Shown in pieces: positions 1 to 8,112 of a DNA stretch of 64,000 bases (position 1 is the first letter of the stretch; every line of letters starts with the position of its first letter). The position numbers and the translations under genes were made by a program. The notes under the pieces were generated by a model. It made no database searches, had not been told where the DNA came from, and was given only the letters and a program-made list of their open reading frames with translations. The stretch lies in contig OZ244217.1 in the NCBI GenBank assembly GCA_965216935.1, forward strand, positions 3,597,565 to 3,661,564. The letters are read 5' to 3'. The stretch is from Acidobacteriota bacterium. Its GTDB lineage: Bacteria; Acidobacteriota; UBA890.

Positions 1-10
1 GAGTAGGTGC

Positions 11-2008
11 TTGCGGAAGGCCGCGAATCGACGACTTCGCGACATCGGCGACGCTCGCATCGAGATCGAGGAAGCGATCGCCGAGCCCGTCGACGCCGTC
101 GTCAGCTCGGGACCATCCACAAGAGATGCGGCGTCCCGGAAGATCTCGCCGGTGCTTCTCTTTGGGATCGGCGTCGCTCTGGGTCTGATTGTCGCGATTG
201 CCGGGACCTTCCTCCTATCACCTGAAACGCCGAGTGATGTCAGCTACTTGGAGCTACCCCTGGAGTCCGGCACCCGTCTTTGGGGCGGGCATACGGACGA
301 AGCACGGATCGGGGGCGACCGTCCGAGCCGTTCCGCTTTCGTGCTCACTCCTGACGGCCGGGCCGTCATCTACGCCGCCACCGACGGTGATACCGGTCGT
401 CTCTACCTGCGCCGCCTCGAGAATCCGGAGGCGACTCCGATCAGCGACACCGAGGGCGGATCGAGCCCGTTTCTGCATCCAAACGGGCAGGAGGTAGGAT
501 TCGTCGTCGGTAGGGACATCCGGGTCGCACCCATCAGCGGAGGCGGATCGCGCACGATTCTGCAGAACGCGCCGTTCGACGTCGACGGCCCCTATGGCCT
601 GGATTGGACCGAGGAGGGGATCGTCTTCGCCGGCACGGATGGGATCTACCTTCTCCCGAACACGGGCGGCGACCCGAGGCCGCTGACCAGGGTGCGCCGG
701 GACCAGGGCGAGTCGTTCCATATTCAACCGGAGCTTGTGTCGGGCGGCATGGTGTTGCTCTACACGGTCTTGCGGTCCCGTTTCATACGGGGATTGGATG
801 AGGCGAGTATCGTGGCCCTGCCGCTCGCGGGTGACGCCACCGTCGCCGAGCCGGTGGACCTCCTCCAGGGGGCTGCTGACACCGTGTACATGCCGAGTGG
901 CCACCTGTTGTTCGGCCGGTGGGGGGTACTGATGGTCGCCGGCTTCGATCCCGAGCGACTGGAGCTGACCCACGAGGCCGTGCCCGTCTTCGAAGACGTC
1001 ATGCAGGCCATGAATGCGGCCAACGGCACGATCGGTACGGGCGCTGCGCAATTCAGCGTCTCGGAATCCGGGGCGCTACTGTACGCGCCCGGGGGTGTCT
1101 ACCCGGAGCCCGATCACCAACCCGTCTGGGTGTCCCGCGCCGGCGATGTCGATGAACGGATTTCCCTTCCGGCCTGGAACCGCTCTTTCATGTATCCACG
1201 GATCTCACCCGACGGCGGGCGGGTGGCGTACAGGGGCCCCACGCAATCCGACCGGGACATAATCGTGTTCGATCTCGAGAGTGAGGGGGCCCATCCGTTG
1301 CCGCTGCCGGGTGTTCAGACAACGCCGGCGTGGAGCCCGGACGACACACACTTGGCGTTCGAATCGGATCACGAAACGGGCGATCCGCAGCTCTATACGG
1401 TCACCTCCGACCTGAGCGGCGACCCGGAACGCCTCACCGACACGCCAAACTTCCAAGGTGTCGTTGGCTGGTCGGACGACGAGATCCTCTTCAGGGAGGG
1501 CAGGGACATCTGGGCCGTCGCTGCTGACGGAAGCGGGGACCCCGCGGCGATTGTCGAGGGACCGGAGAGAAAATGGTGGCCGGCACTATCTCCGAATGGA
1601 GATTGGCTAGCCTATGCTTCCGACAGATCCGGGCAGTTCCAAATCTACGTGCGACCGTATCCCGCCGGTGTTCCCGAGTACACGGTCACGGTCGAAGGCG
1701 GCACCCGGCCAACTTGGTCCCTCGACAACTCCGAGCTCTTCTACCGGACCGGGACCGACGATCGCTCCGCGATGATGGCCGTGGAGGTCAGCTTTGAGGG
1801 AGGCTTTGAGTGGGAAGAGCCGCGCAAACTGTTCGATCGTCCAATGCTAGGCTCGTCGCCTTTGCGCAGCTACGACGTGGCAGCGGACGGCCGCTTCCTG
1901 ATGATAGAAGAGTGGCAGCCCCCTCCCCAGCCGGTAACCCAACTTCGGCTCGTGCTCAACTGGTTCGAGGAGCTGAACCGCCTCGTGCCAACGGACGGCT
2001 CCCGATGA
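11..2008 (+). CDS. membrane-anchored WD40-like (PD40/TolB-type) beta-propeller repeat protein; possibly 5'-partial (listed start is TTG, no in-frame stop before it in the window)
   Basis: Single N-terminal TM helix (PVLLFGIGVALGLIVAIAGTFLL) followed by repeated units with RISPDGGRVAY / WSPDDTHLAF / LSPNGDWLAY motifs typical of TolB-like propellers. Its stop overlaps the downstream ATG (ATGA). Confidence 0.7.
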   Translation: MRKAANRRLRDIGDARIEIEEAIAEPVDAVVSSGPSTRDAASRKISPVLLFGIGVALGLIVAIAGTFLLSPETPSDVSYLELPLESGTRLWGGHTDEARIGGDRPSRSAFVLTPDGRAVIYAATDGDTGRLYLRRLENPEATPISDTEGGSSPFLHPNGQEVGFVVGRDIRVAPISGGGSRTILQNAPFDVDGPYGLDWTEEGIVFAGTDGIYLLPNTGGDPRPLTRVRRDQGESFHIQPELVSGGMVLLYTVLRSRFIRGLDEASIVALPLAGDATVAEPVDLLQGAADTVYMPSGHLLFGRWGVLMVAGFDPERLELTHEAVPVFEDVMQAMNAANGTIGTGAAQFSVSESGALLYAPGGVYPEPDHQPVWVSRAGDVDERISLPAWNRSFMYPRISPDGGRVAYRGPTQSDRDIIVFDLESEGAHPLPLPGVQTTPAWSPDDTHLAFESDHETGDPQLYTVTSDLSGDPERLTDTPNFQGVVGWSDDEILFREGRDIWAVAADGSGDPAAIVEGPERKWWPALSPNGDWLAYASDRSGQFQIYVRPYPAGVPEYTVTVEGGTRPTWSLDNSELFYRTGTDDRSAMMAVEVSFEGGFEWEEPRKLFDRPMLGSSPLRSYDVAADGRFLMIEEWQPPPQPVTQLRLVLNWFEELNRLVPTDGSR

Positions 2009-2232
2009 TCGGCACGCTGCCGGACGAGCTGCACCGCGCGTTGAAATAAAGCGCCGCTCGCCGCGATACGACCATCGGCGAGCTGGTGGCGGAGAGTCTC
2101 GAGTTCTACGGCATCAAGACTTCGGCTGCGGCGGATGAATTGGTGGCAGCGGCGCGGGAGCTCAGCGGTCTTAGCGAGGGCGAGGCCACGAAGCTGGCCG
2201 TTGAGGAGACGCGGGCCGAGCGAGCCGGTTGA
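2005..2232 (+). pseudogene. vapB: ribbon-helix-helix VapB/ParD-like antitoxin interrupted by an in-frame TAA at 2047-2049
   Basis: Translation MIGTLPDELHRALK*SAARRDTTIGELVAESLEFYGIK... matches the RHH antitoxin consensus (LPDELHxxLKxxAAxxxxSxxELVREAL) across the stop. The 3' end overlaps the PIN toxin start by 4 nt (TTGA). Confidence 0.5.
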
Positions 2233-2651
2233 AGCGTCGTCCGGCGATCATCGACACTAACGTGGTCGTCGCAGGATTGTTGACCGCCGATGTCGATGCA
2301 CCGCCAGCGCGGATCCTCGACGCCATGATTCGCGGCAGTCTTCCGTTCGTCCTGTCGGTACCGCTGCTCGCCGCGTATCGCCGCGTGCTGACGCGGCCCC
2401 GTATCAGCAAACGGCACGGGTTGACGTCCGACGCGATCGATCGCCTGCTGACCACCCTTGCCGGCAACGCCATCGTGCGCGAACCGCCTGCGGCCGCAAG
2501 CGCGCCCCCCGATCCCGGCGACCAGCACCTCTGGGACCTCTTGTCCGCCGTCCCGAACGCGGTTCTCGTGACCGGGGACCTGAAGTTGATCGACGGCGCT
2601 CCGCACGGACTGTCGGCGATGTCCGCACGCTCGTTTCTCGCGCTCGACTAA
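2229..2651 (+). CDS. vapC: PIN-domain toxin (VapC family), TTG start
   Basis: N-terminal IIDTNVVVAGLL and a 140-aa length with conserved acidic positions (VLVTGDLKLID). It is translationally coupled to the upstream RHH ORF. Confidence 0.75.
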   Translation: MKRRPAIIDTNVVVAGLLTADVDAPPARILDAMIRGSLPFVLSVPLLAAYRRVLTRPRISKRHGLTSDAIDRLLTTLAGNAIVREPPAAASAPPDPGDQHLWDLLSAVPNAVLVTGDLKLIDGAPHGLSAMSARSFLALD

Positions 2652-2713
2652 GGAGCGCGGCGCTGGCAGGCGCTGCCGTCCGGTTGGTAGCCGAAGCCTC
2701 GGGCAGCATGTGG

Positions 2714-3571
2714 TCAGGCTCCCTCCTCGAACGATTCGGCGAGCGCGAGACCGGTCTGCATCAGATCACCGGCTTCATCGATCGTGAGCAACCCATGGGC
2801 CAGATCGGTGTCTCGATCGCCGCCGGCCAGACGAACGTTCCGCGAAAACAGCAGCCACTGCCCGTCCGCCGCGACAATCAGCCCGGGGGTCGCGAGCAGG
2901 CGGTCGATGATCTCATCGGTCAGCACACGGTCGATCGCCCCCGGATCGTCGCCGTAGATCTTCATCGCTTGCTCGAAGTCCGCACGTCGCCCGCAGGGCA
3001 GCGAGCCGGGCCGTTCACGCATGGCCACGACGGTTTGGGCCAACCCGCGGATCAGACCGACACCGAGCCCGGCGGAATCAGGCCCCGATCGGCCCTTTGC
3101 GCCCATCTCGGCGGCTGCCTGCTGCATGGCGACATCGACGAATTCTTCGGTCATCCTGCCGAGGTTCGGCAGCAGTTCGAATCGGGGCAGCGATCGGCCG
3201 TCGCGGCGCAAGCAAACCACCGTGTGCCGGCTGCGCTCGGCGCGCGACTCGTCGGACCCGGTGATTTCCGTGTTGTAGCCCATTTCGGTGCGGCCGCTGT
3301 TTTCGATGTCGAACACGACGATCCGCTCGTCGCCCCGCGATGCGTCGACGACCTGCCGGACCCGCTTCGGCTTCGGCACGATCGCCCAGGTGGGCATGCC
3401 ATCCGGGTAGGCCCCCTCCGCGGTGCCGTGGAACCCGAGGCGTCCGGCCGCTTCGAGAATGCCCTCCCACCGTAGCCTCCGTGCTTCCCTCTCACGAGCC
3501 ACGTGCTTTCGGACCAGTGCGACCAGGGCGGCCAGGCCGACCACGGCGAGGACACTGATCGCCCAGCTCAC
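2714..3571 (-). CDS. hypothetical N-terminally membrane-anchored protein
   Basis: A GTG start with a GAGG 8 nt upstream gives MSWAISVLAVVGLAALVALV (TM helix) and a ~260-aa soluble domain. No recognisable family. The 360-aa ORF-track version adds an Arg-rich, non-coding-looking N-terminus. Confidence 0.4.
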   Translation of the reverse strand: MSWAISVLAVVGLAALVALVRKHVAREREARRLRWEGILEAAGRLGFHGTAEGAYPDGMPTWAIVPKPKRVRQVVDASRGDERIVVFDIENSGRTEMGYNTEITGSDESRAERSRHTVVCLRRDGRSLPRFELLPNLGRMTEEFVDVAMQQAAAEMGAKGRSGPDSAGLGVGLIRGLAQTVVAMRERPGSLPCGRRADFEQAMKIYGDDPGAIDRVLTDEIIDRLLATPGLIVAADGQWLLFSRNVRLAGGDRDTDLAHGLLTIDEAGDLMQTGLALAESFEEGA

Positions 3572-3922
3572 GGCCGGGCCTCGAATGTCGTCTGAAGGGA
3601 CAAGCCGGCGGTGCGGTTCATCGTGGACTCCTTGGCGGCGAGATCTCGGGTGCTCCTGCGAGCGATTCTCCCAGCCGGAAGCGAACCACGATCGGCGCGT
3701 GCGTTGCCACGTCGTCGTTCTCGAAACGATGGATGAAGCCCCCTCGTGTCTCACCAACCCCACCGCTGGCCACGGATAGTACTGCCGCCTCCCCACTCTC
3801 GGCTACGGCCCGCCCTTAGCGCAGCTCCGGCAGGCAAGCATCAAACGCGATGGTGCCGACGATCGCCGGCTGATTGTCCCGTACGGTATCGTATGCGTCA
3901 CGGGAGCTCGATCGATACCAAG

Positions 3923-3991
3923 ACATTCCCGAACGGTAGTATTAACCTTGCCGAGGACTCAGATCCCCTGATACATTCCCGTTCGGGAATG
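3923..3991 (+). promoter_or_regulatory. candidate HipB operator: half-site ACATTCCCGAACGG (3923-3936) plus perfect-arm palindrome CATTCCCG-TT-CGGGAATG (3974-3991)
   Basis: Inverted repeat read directly. It lies 64-130 nt upstream of the hipB start codon. Confidence 0.45.
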
Positions 3992-4054
3992 CGTCGCGGT
4001 GTGCCCCAACCAGGACGCGTCGCGCGAGAGGAGTCGGGCGCGAGGAGTCGGGAG

Positions 4055-4351
4055 ATGACGCCAGCACGGCCTTCGGCCAAATCACACGCATCAGCGGAGG
4101 CGCCTAGCCGACGGATCGTCACCGCCGAAGACCTCGGACGCGCGATCCAGCGGCGGCGGGCGGATCTCGGACACACGCAGGCCGAGGCCGCGGCGCTGTG
4201 CAACGTCGGCGTTCGCTTTCTTTCCGAGCTGGAGCGGGGTAAACCCACCGCGGAGATCGGCAAGGCGTTGAAGGTTGCCCGGAGGCTCGGCTTGGAGCTC
4301 GCGCTCGAGGCGCGTGGCGACAGTGCCCGGCAACCGGGCGAAGGACCGTGA
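4055..4351 (+). CDS. hipB: XRE-family helix-turn-helix antitoxin HipB
   Basis: RIVTAEDLGRAIQRRRADLGHTQAEAAALCNVGVRFLSELERGKPTAEIGKALKVARRLGLEL is an XRE HTH. The stop overlaps the hipA GTG (GTGA). The longer 201-aa ORF upstream extension looks non-coding. Confidence 0.75.
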   Translation: MTPARPSAKSHASAEAPSRRIVTAEDLGRAIQRRRADLGHTQAEAAALCNVGVRFLSELERGKPTAEIGKALKVARRLGLELALEARGDSARQPGEGP

Positions 4352-5628
4352 GCTCCGTGGAAACCTCGGAGGGCGCCGCCGACGTACTGCGGGTCGGATT
4401 CGCTGGTCGCGCCGTCGGCGAGTTGCGGCATGACGGCGACGGACATCTCTCCTTCCGCTACACCGACGAGTGGCTGGATGGCGGGTTCGCCATCTCGCTG
4501 AGCATGCCCCTCCGCGATCGCGTCTACGACGATGTGGCCCAACGCTTCTTCGTCAACCTGTTGCCGGAGGGGCAGGTCCGCGCGCTGGTGGCGCGCCGCC
4601 TCGGGGTCTCCGAGGACAACGACTGGGAGCTGTTGGTGGCGCTCGGCGGCGATTGCGCCGGCGCGCTGACGTTGACCGAAACCATCGATGAACCGGCGCC
4701 ACCGGTCTATCGGGAGCTGACCATCGACGAGCTGCGCTCGCTCGCAGCCACGCCACACCCCGGCCTTGCGGCGATCAGCGGCGAACAAGATCTGCGTTTG
4801 TCCCTCGCCGGTGCCCAGGACAAGTTGCCCGTGCGGGCGACGGCGGAGGGAGAGTATCGGCTTCCGCTGGGCGCCGCCCCGAGCACGCACATCATCAAGT
4901 TTGCGGGCACCGATTTCGCCCATCTGACCGCCAACGAGGTGTTCGTTACCGATCTTGCCCGGCGCCTCGATCTTCCGGTCTCGCCCACGACGCTGGACAC
5001 GCGGTTCGATCCGCCGTTGTGCGTCGTTGAGCGCTACGACCGCGTCCTCCTTGCCGACGACAGCGTGCGCCGGGTCCACCAGGAGGACCTCTGCCAGGCC
5101 TTGGGCCTCCCCTACACGCGCAAGTACGAGGCGGAGGGCGGTCCGGATCTCGCGGCTGTCGTGGCGTTGCTCGATACCCATGCTGCCGATCCCATCGGGG
5201 ATCGGCGCGCACTGATTCGCTGGCTGGCATTTTGCCTGCTGGTCGGCAACGCCGACGGCCACGGCAAGAACCTGTCGTTGCTGTACGACGGCGCGGCGCC
5301 CCGCCTGGCGCCGTTCTACGACCTGTTGAGCACCGCCGTCTACCCGGGAATCAGCCAACGGCTGGCGCTGTCCGTCGCCGGCCAGGCAGACCCGGGCGAT
5401 GTGAAGCGTGCCGACTGGCTGCGCCTCGGGCGCCAGCTCGACGTTCGTCCCGCATACGTCCTCGATCTCGTCGACGAGATGACGACCGCGCTAGCCGTTG
5501 TTCTCGAACGATCCGAGGCGGAGTTTCGCGACGCCTACGGCGAATCGCCGATCCTGCAGATGGTGCCGCCCCTGGTCCGGCGCCGGGGACGACGAGCCCG
5601 GAGCATGTTGCGGGAAGCAAAGGGCTGA
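4348..5628 (+). CDS. hipA: HipA-family serine/threonine kinase toxin
   Basis: HipA_N region (GELRHDGDGHLSFRYTDEWLDGGFAISLSMPL), GAQDKLPV motif, and C-terminal LLVGNADGHGKNLSLLYDG...APFYDLLST. Length is 426 aa. Confidence 0.85.
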   Translation: MSSVETSEGAADVLRVGFAGRAVGELRHDGDGHLSFRYTDEWLDGGFAISLSMPLRDRVYDDVAQRFFVNLLPEGQVRALVARRLGVSEDNDWELLVALGGDCAGALTLTETIDEPAPPVYRELTIDELRSLAATPHPGLAAISGEQDLRLSLAGAQDKLPVRATAEGEYRLPLGAAPSTHIIKFAGTDFAHLTANEVFVTDLARRLDLPVSPTTLDTRFDPPLCVVERYDRVLLADDSVRRVHQEDLCQALGLPYTRKYEAEGGPDLAAVVALLDTHAADPIGDRRALIRWLAFCLLVGNADGHGKNLSLLYDGAAPRLAPFYDLLSTAVYPGISQRLALSVAGQADPGDVKRADWLRLGRQLDVRPAYVLDLVDEMTTALAVVLERSEAEFRDAYGESPILQMVPPLVRRRGRRARSMLREAKG

Positions 5629-5719
5629 AGCGCACGCACGATCGCGGCTCTCGTGACCAACTCCGGGCTGGCGGCCGACTGGGGTTTGCCTCGAATCACC
5701 GACGTCGCCCGTCCCGAAG

Positions 5720-6115
5720 TCAGGTCGATCCCAGAGACCGCGCGAATTCGGGGAATGCCGCGAGCAACCGTGCGTCCTCGGTCACCAGGTCGACGGACAA
5801 GAGTTGAGCAAGCGCGGCGTACTCGCAATCGTAGGCGGAACAGCGGGATTCGGCCGCCAGGGTCAGCACCAGGCGTGTCGGGACGAGATGCTGGCGGCCA
5901 CCGAGGACCATCTCCGCGCACGACCAGAGCTCGGCGGCCGCGTCCAGATTCATGTCGCCACGCCGCACATACCTACTCAGTACCTGACGCAATTCGCTCC
6001 GCCACAGCAACGGGGCCGCCCACTCGGCGTCCTCACGCAACAACCGCTCTGCGGCCGCGGCCCGTGGCCCCGGAAGCACCAGATACGCCAACACGTTCGT
6101 ATCGACGACGATCAC
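5720..6115 (-). CDS. vapC: PIN-domain toxin (VapC family)
   Basis: MIVVDTNVLAYLVL... with a 131-aa length. The start overlaps the upstream antitoxin stop by 4 nt. Confidence 0.75.
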   Translation of the reverse strand: MIVVDTNVLAYLVLPGPRAAAAERLLREDAEWAAPLLWRSELRQVLSRYVRRGDMNLDAAAELWSCAEMVLGGRQHLVPTRLVLTLAAESRCSAYDCEYAALAQLLSVDLVTEDARLLAAFPEFARSLGST

Positions 6116-6357
6116 GGCTCACGACCACGTCGCTTCAGCGCATCGATCTCGCTGTGATCCAGCGGCGCCAGACCATAGCGGCGCTGGATCTCGCGCACCT
6201 CGCCCACGATCGTGCGGACGTCGGCGACCGGAGCCAGAGCGTGGGCTTCCAACACGGCGAGCACCTCGCCGTTGAGGCTGCGGTGGTTGCGCCGGGCTCG
6301 CTCCCGCAGGATCTCGAGGACCTCCTCCGGTAGGTCGCGCACGGTGAGGGACGGCAT
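6112..6357 (-). CDS. vapB: VapB/FitA-like ribbon-helix-helix antitoxin
   Basis: MPSLTVRDLPEEVLEILRERARRNHRSLNGEVLAVLEA is a classic Arc/RHH antitoxin N-terminus. The internal Met was chosen over the ORF-track upstream extension. Confidence 0.7.
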   Translation of the reverse strand: MPSLTVRDLPEEVLEILRERARRNHRSLNGEVLAVLEAHALAPVADVRTIVGEVREIQRRYGLAPLDHSEIDALKRRGREP

Positions 6358-6542
6358 CGGGCTCTCCCTTCGCGGATCGTTGAACGCCACCCATGGTTTC
6401 AGATTGCAGTCATTATACACCTATGCCGGCCGGGATCGGGGTTCCGGGTGCTTTCCGGTGCCTCGCTGACCTGCAACGTGGCACGATCTCCGAAGTAGCC
6501 GTCGAGGATTCCTATCGATCCCCCAAGGCGTACGGCAAGCCG

Positions 6543-7340
6543 ATGTCCACATCGTTGAAGAGCGTCACCCGGAAGGGGCTCTCGGCCGTCGTTCTGACGG
6601 TGCTCCTGGGCTCGGCGCCCTCACACCAGCCCGTCACCTTCTGCTCCTGCGCCACGATGGCTTGCAGCGAAATCGTCGACGCCGACGCCGTCTTCGAGGC
6701 GACCGTGGAGTCCATCCGAACGGTCCCCGGTGCGCCCGGGATGATCGATGGTTACTCCAGTGATGTGCTCGGAGAGCGCCGACTTCCCCTCCTCGAGGTC
6801 GAGCTCTCCGGGATCAATTCCTGGCGTGGAGTCGCGGACTCGGTGGTCCGAACGGCTCCTGCCGAAGAGTCCTGCGGGTACGGATTCGAGGCCGGCGGGC
6901 GTTACCTCATTCAAGCAAGTCGCAGGGAGGACGACCGTCTCTGGGTCAGCCTCTGCAGCGCCACACGTCCCGTTGAGCGTGCGGCAGGCTTGATCGAGTA
7001 TCTCCGTAGCTTAGAGGGTCCGACCGATGAGACGATCGTTTGGGGAGTTGTGATGGTCTTGACGGATACACAACGAACCTCCGGTGACCATCTCCGTCGG
7101 AATTTCGACCCGGTACGCGCCGCTGAAATCCTCGTGGAAGGTGCCGAAAGCCGGTCCACAACGACCGATCTGAACGGGCAGTTTTCCCTTCGCGGCCTGC
7201 CCACCGGCTCCTACACGATCCGCGCGGTGCCGCGCATGGGCGACGAGGGGCTCGACGACACGACCTTCCGCAGCTCTCCGTTCGTGCTCGAGGGCCCACG
7301 TGCGTGCGCAGAAGTCGCATTCCTCGGGCGCCGGCGCTAG
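6543..7340 (+). CDS. secreted hypothetical protein with C-terminal carboxypeptidase-regulatory-like (CarbopepD_reg) beta-sandwich
   Basis: Signal peptide MSTSLKSVTRKGLSAVVLTVLLGSAPSHQ, a Cys-containing N-domain, and C-terminal TDLNGQFSLRGLPTGSYTIRAV. Confidence 0.5.
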   Translation: MSTSLKSVTRKGLSAVVLTVLLGSAPSHQPVTFCSCATMACSEIVDADAVFEATVESIRTVPGAPGMIDGYSSDVLGERRLPLLEVELSGINSWRGVADSVVRTAPAEESCGYGFEAGGRYLIQASRREDDRLWVSLCSATRPVERAAGLIEYLRSLEGPTDETIVWGVVMVLTDTQRTSGDHLRRNFDPVRAAEILVEGAESRSTTTDLNGQFSLRGLPTGSYTIRAVPRMGDEGLDDTTFRSSPFVLEGPRACAEVAFLGRRR

Positions 7341-7507
7341 CGCCCGGGCGCGGCGCGGTCGAAGGCGTTTCGCGGACATCACCATGGCAGCGGAACGGGC
7401 CGTCTCTTCGCACGAGGGTGTCTCGCGAAGTGTGCACCCGCCGTGCTGCATTGTGATGCTTTCGAGCAGCCGGGGGAGACGGTAGCCTCGGACAGCTACT
7501 TCCGGCG

Positions 7508-7990
7508 GTGCAAGGTATGAGCCTGGACCGGGCAACCAGACAGATGATCATCGGCGAGATCGAAACGGCGTTCTCGAGCACGACGCCGCCCGGTGACGCC
7601 CGCCTGCGGCACCCGCAGTGCCGGGATGACGGCGATATCGTCGACTTCTACGGAGCGCGGGACAGGCGGGACCTGTCGGACGACGACATCATCGGCAACT
7701 ATGCCGCCCTTTCGTTCTTCAGCGCCGAGGCCTTCCAGTACTACATGCCCGCGTTCATGATCTGGTCGCTGACTCGCAGCGACTCGATCGAGTACGTGGT
7801 GGAAAGCACCCTTCGAGCGTTCGATCCGACGGGCGAAAACCAAGCCCTCGTCGCTTTCCAGGCATCGAAGTACGCCCTCTTCACGGACACTCAGCGGGCG
7901 GCGGTCATCCTCTTTCTCGAGGCGTTCACGACCGACCCGGATCTCGGACCCATCGCGCGGGGCGCACTTCGCAGCTATTGGCGTCCGTAA
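7508..7990 (+). CDS. hypothetical protein (possible immunity-like cargo)
   Basis: A 160-aa ORF with coding-like composition and no family recognised from sequence alone. Confidence 0.4.
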   Translation: MQGMSLDRATRQMIIGEIETAFSSTTPPGDARLRHPQCRDDGDIVDFYGARDRRDLSDDDIIGNYAALSFFSAEAFQYYMPAFMIWSLTRSDSIEYVVESTLRAFDPTGENQALVAFQASKYALFTDTQRAAVILFLEAFTTDPDLGPIARGALRSYWRP

Positions 7991-8005
7991 GGCCGGAGCG
8001 GCCCG
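7991..8005 (+). terminator. GC hairpin GGCCG-gag-CGGCC immediately after the stop codon; a second imperfect hairpin lies at 8066-8087 between convergent genes
   Basis: Inverted repeat read from sequence. There is no U-tract, as is common in high-GC genomes. Confidence 0.3.
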
Positions 8006-8112
8006 TTCCTCCCTCCAAAGTGCCCCCTACAGGGTGCGCCCGGTGCGCGCGAGCAAGGCACACCCCCGCAAGGGGCACCCCCTGCGGCGAGAAGGGACGC
8101 GGGAACGGTCCC

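Noticed and set aside
2047-2049. Programmed stop-codon recoding (selenocysteine or pyrrolysine) in vapB
   Set aside because: The stop is TAA, not TGA or TAG, and there is no SECIS-like context. A nonsense mutation or sequencing error is far more likely.
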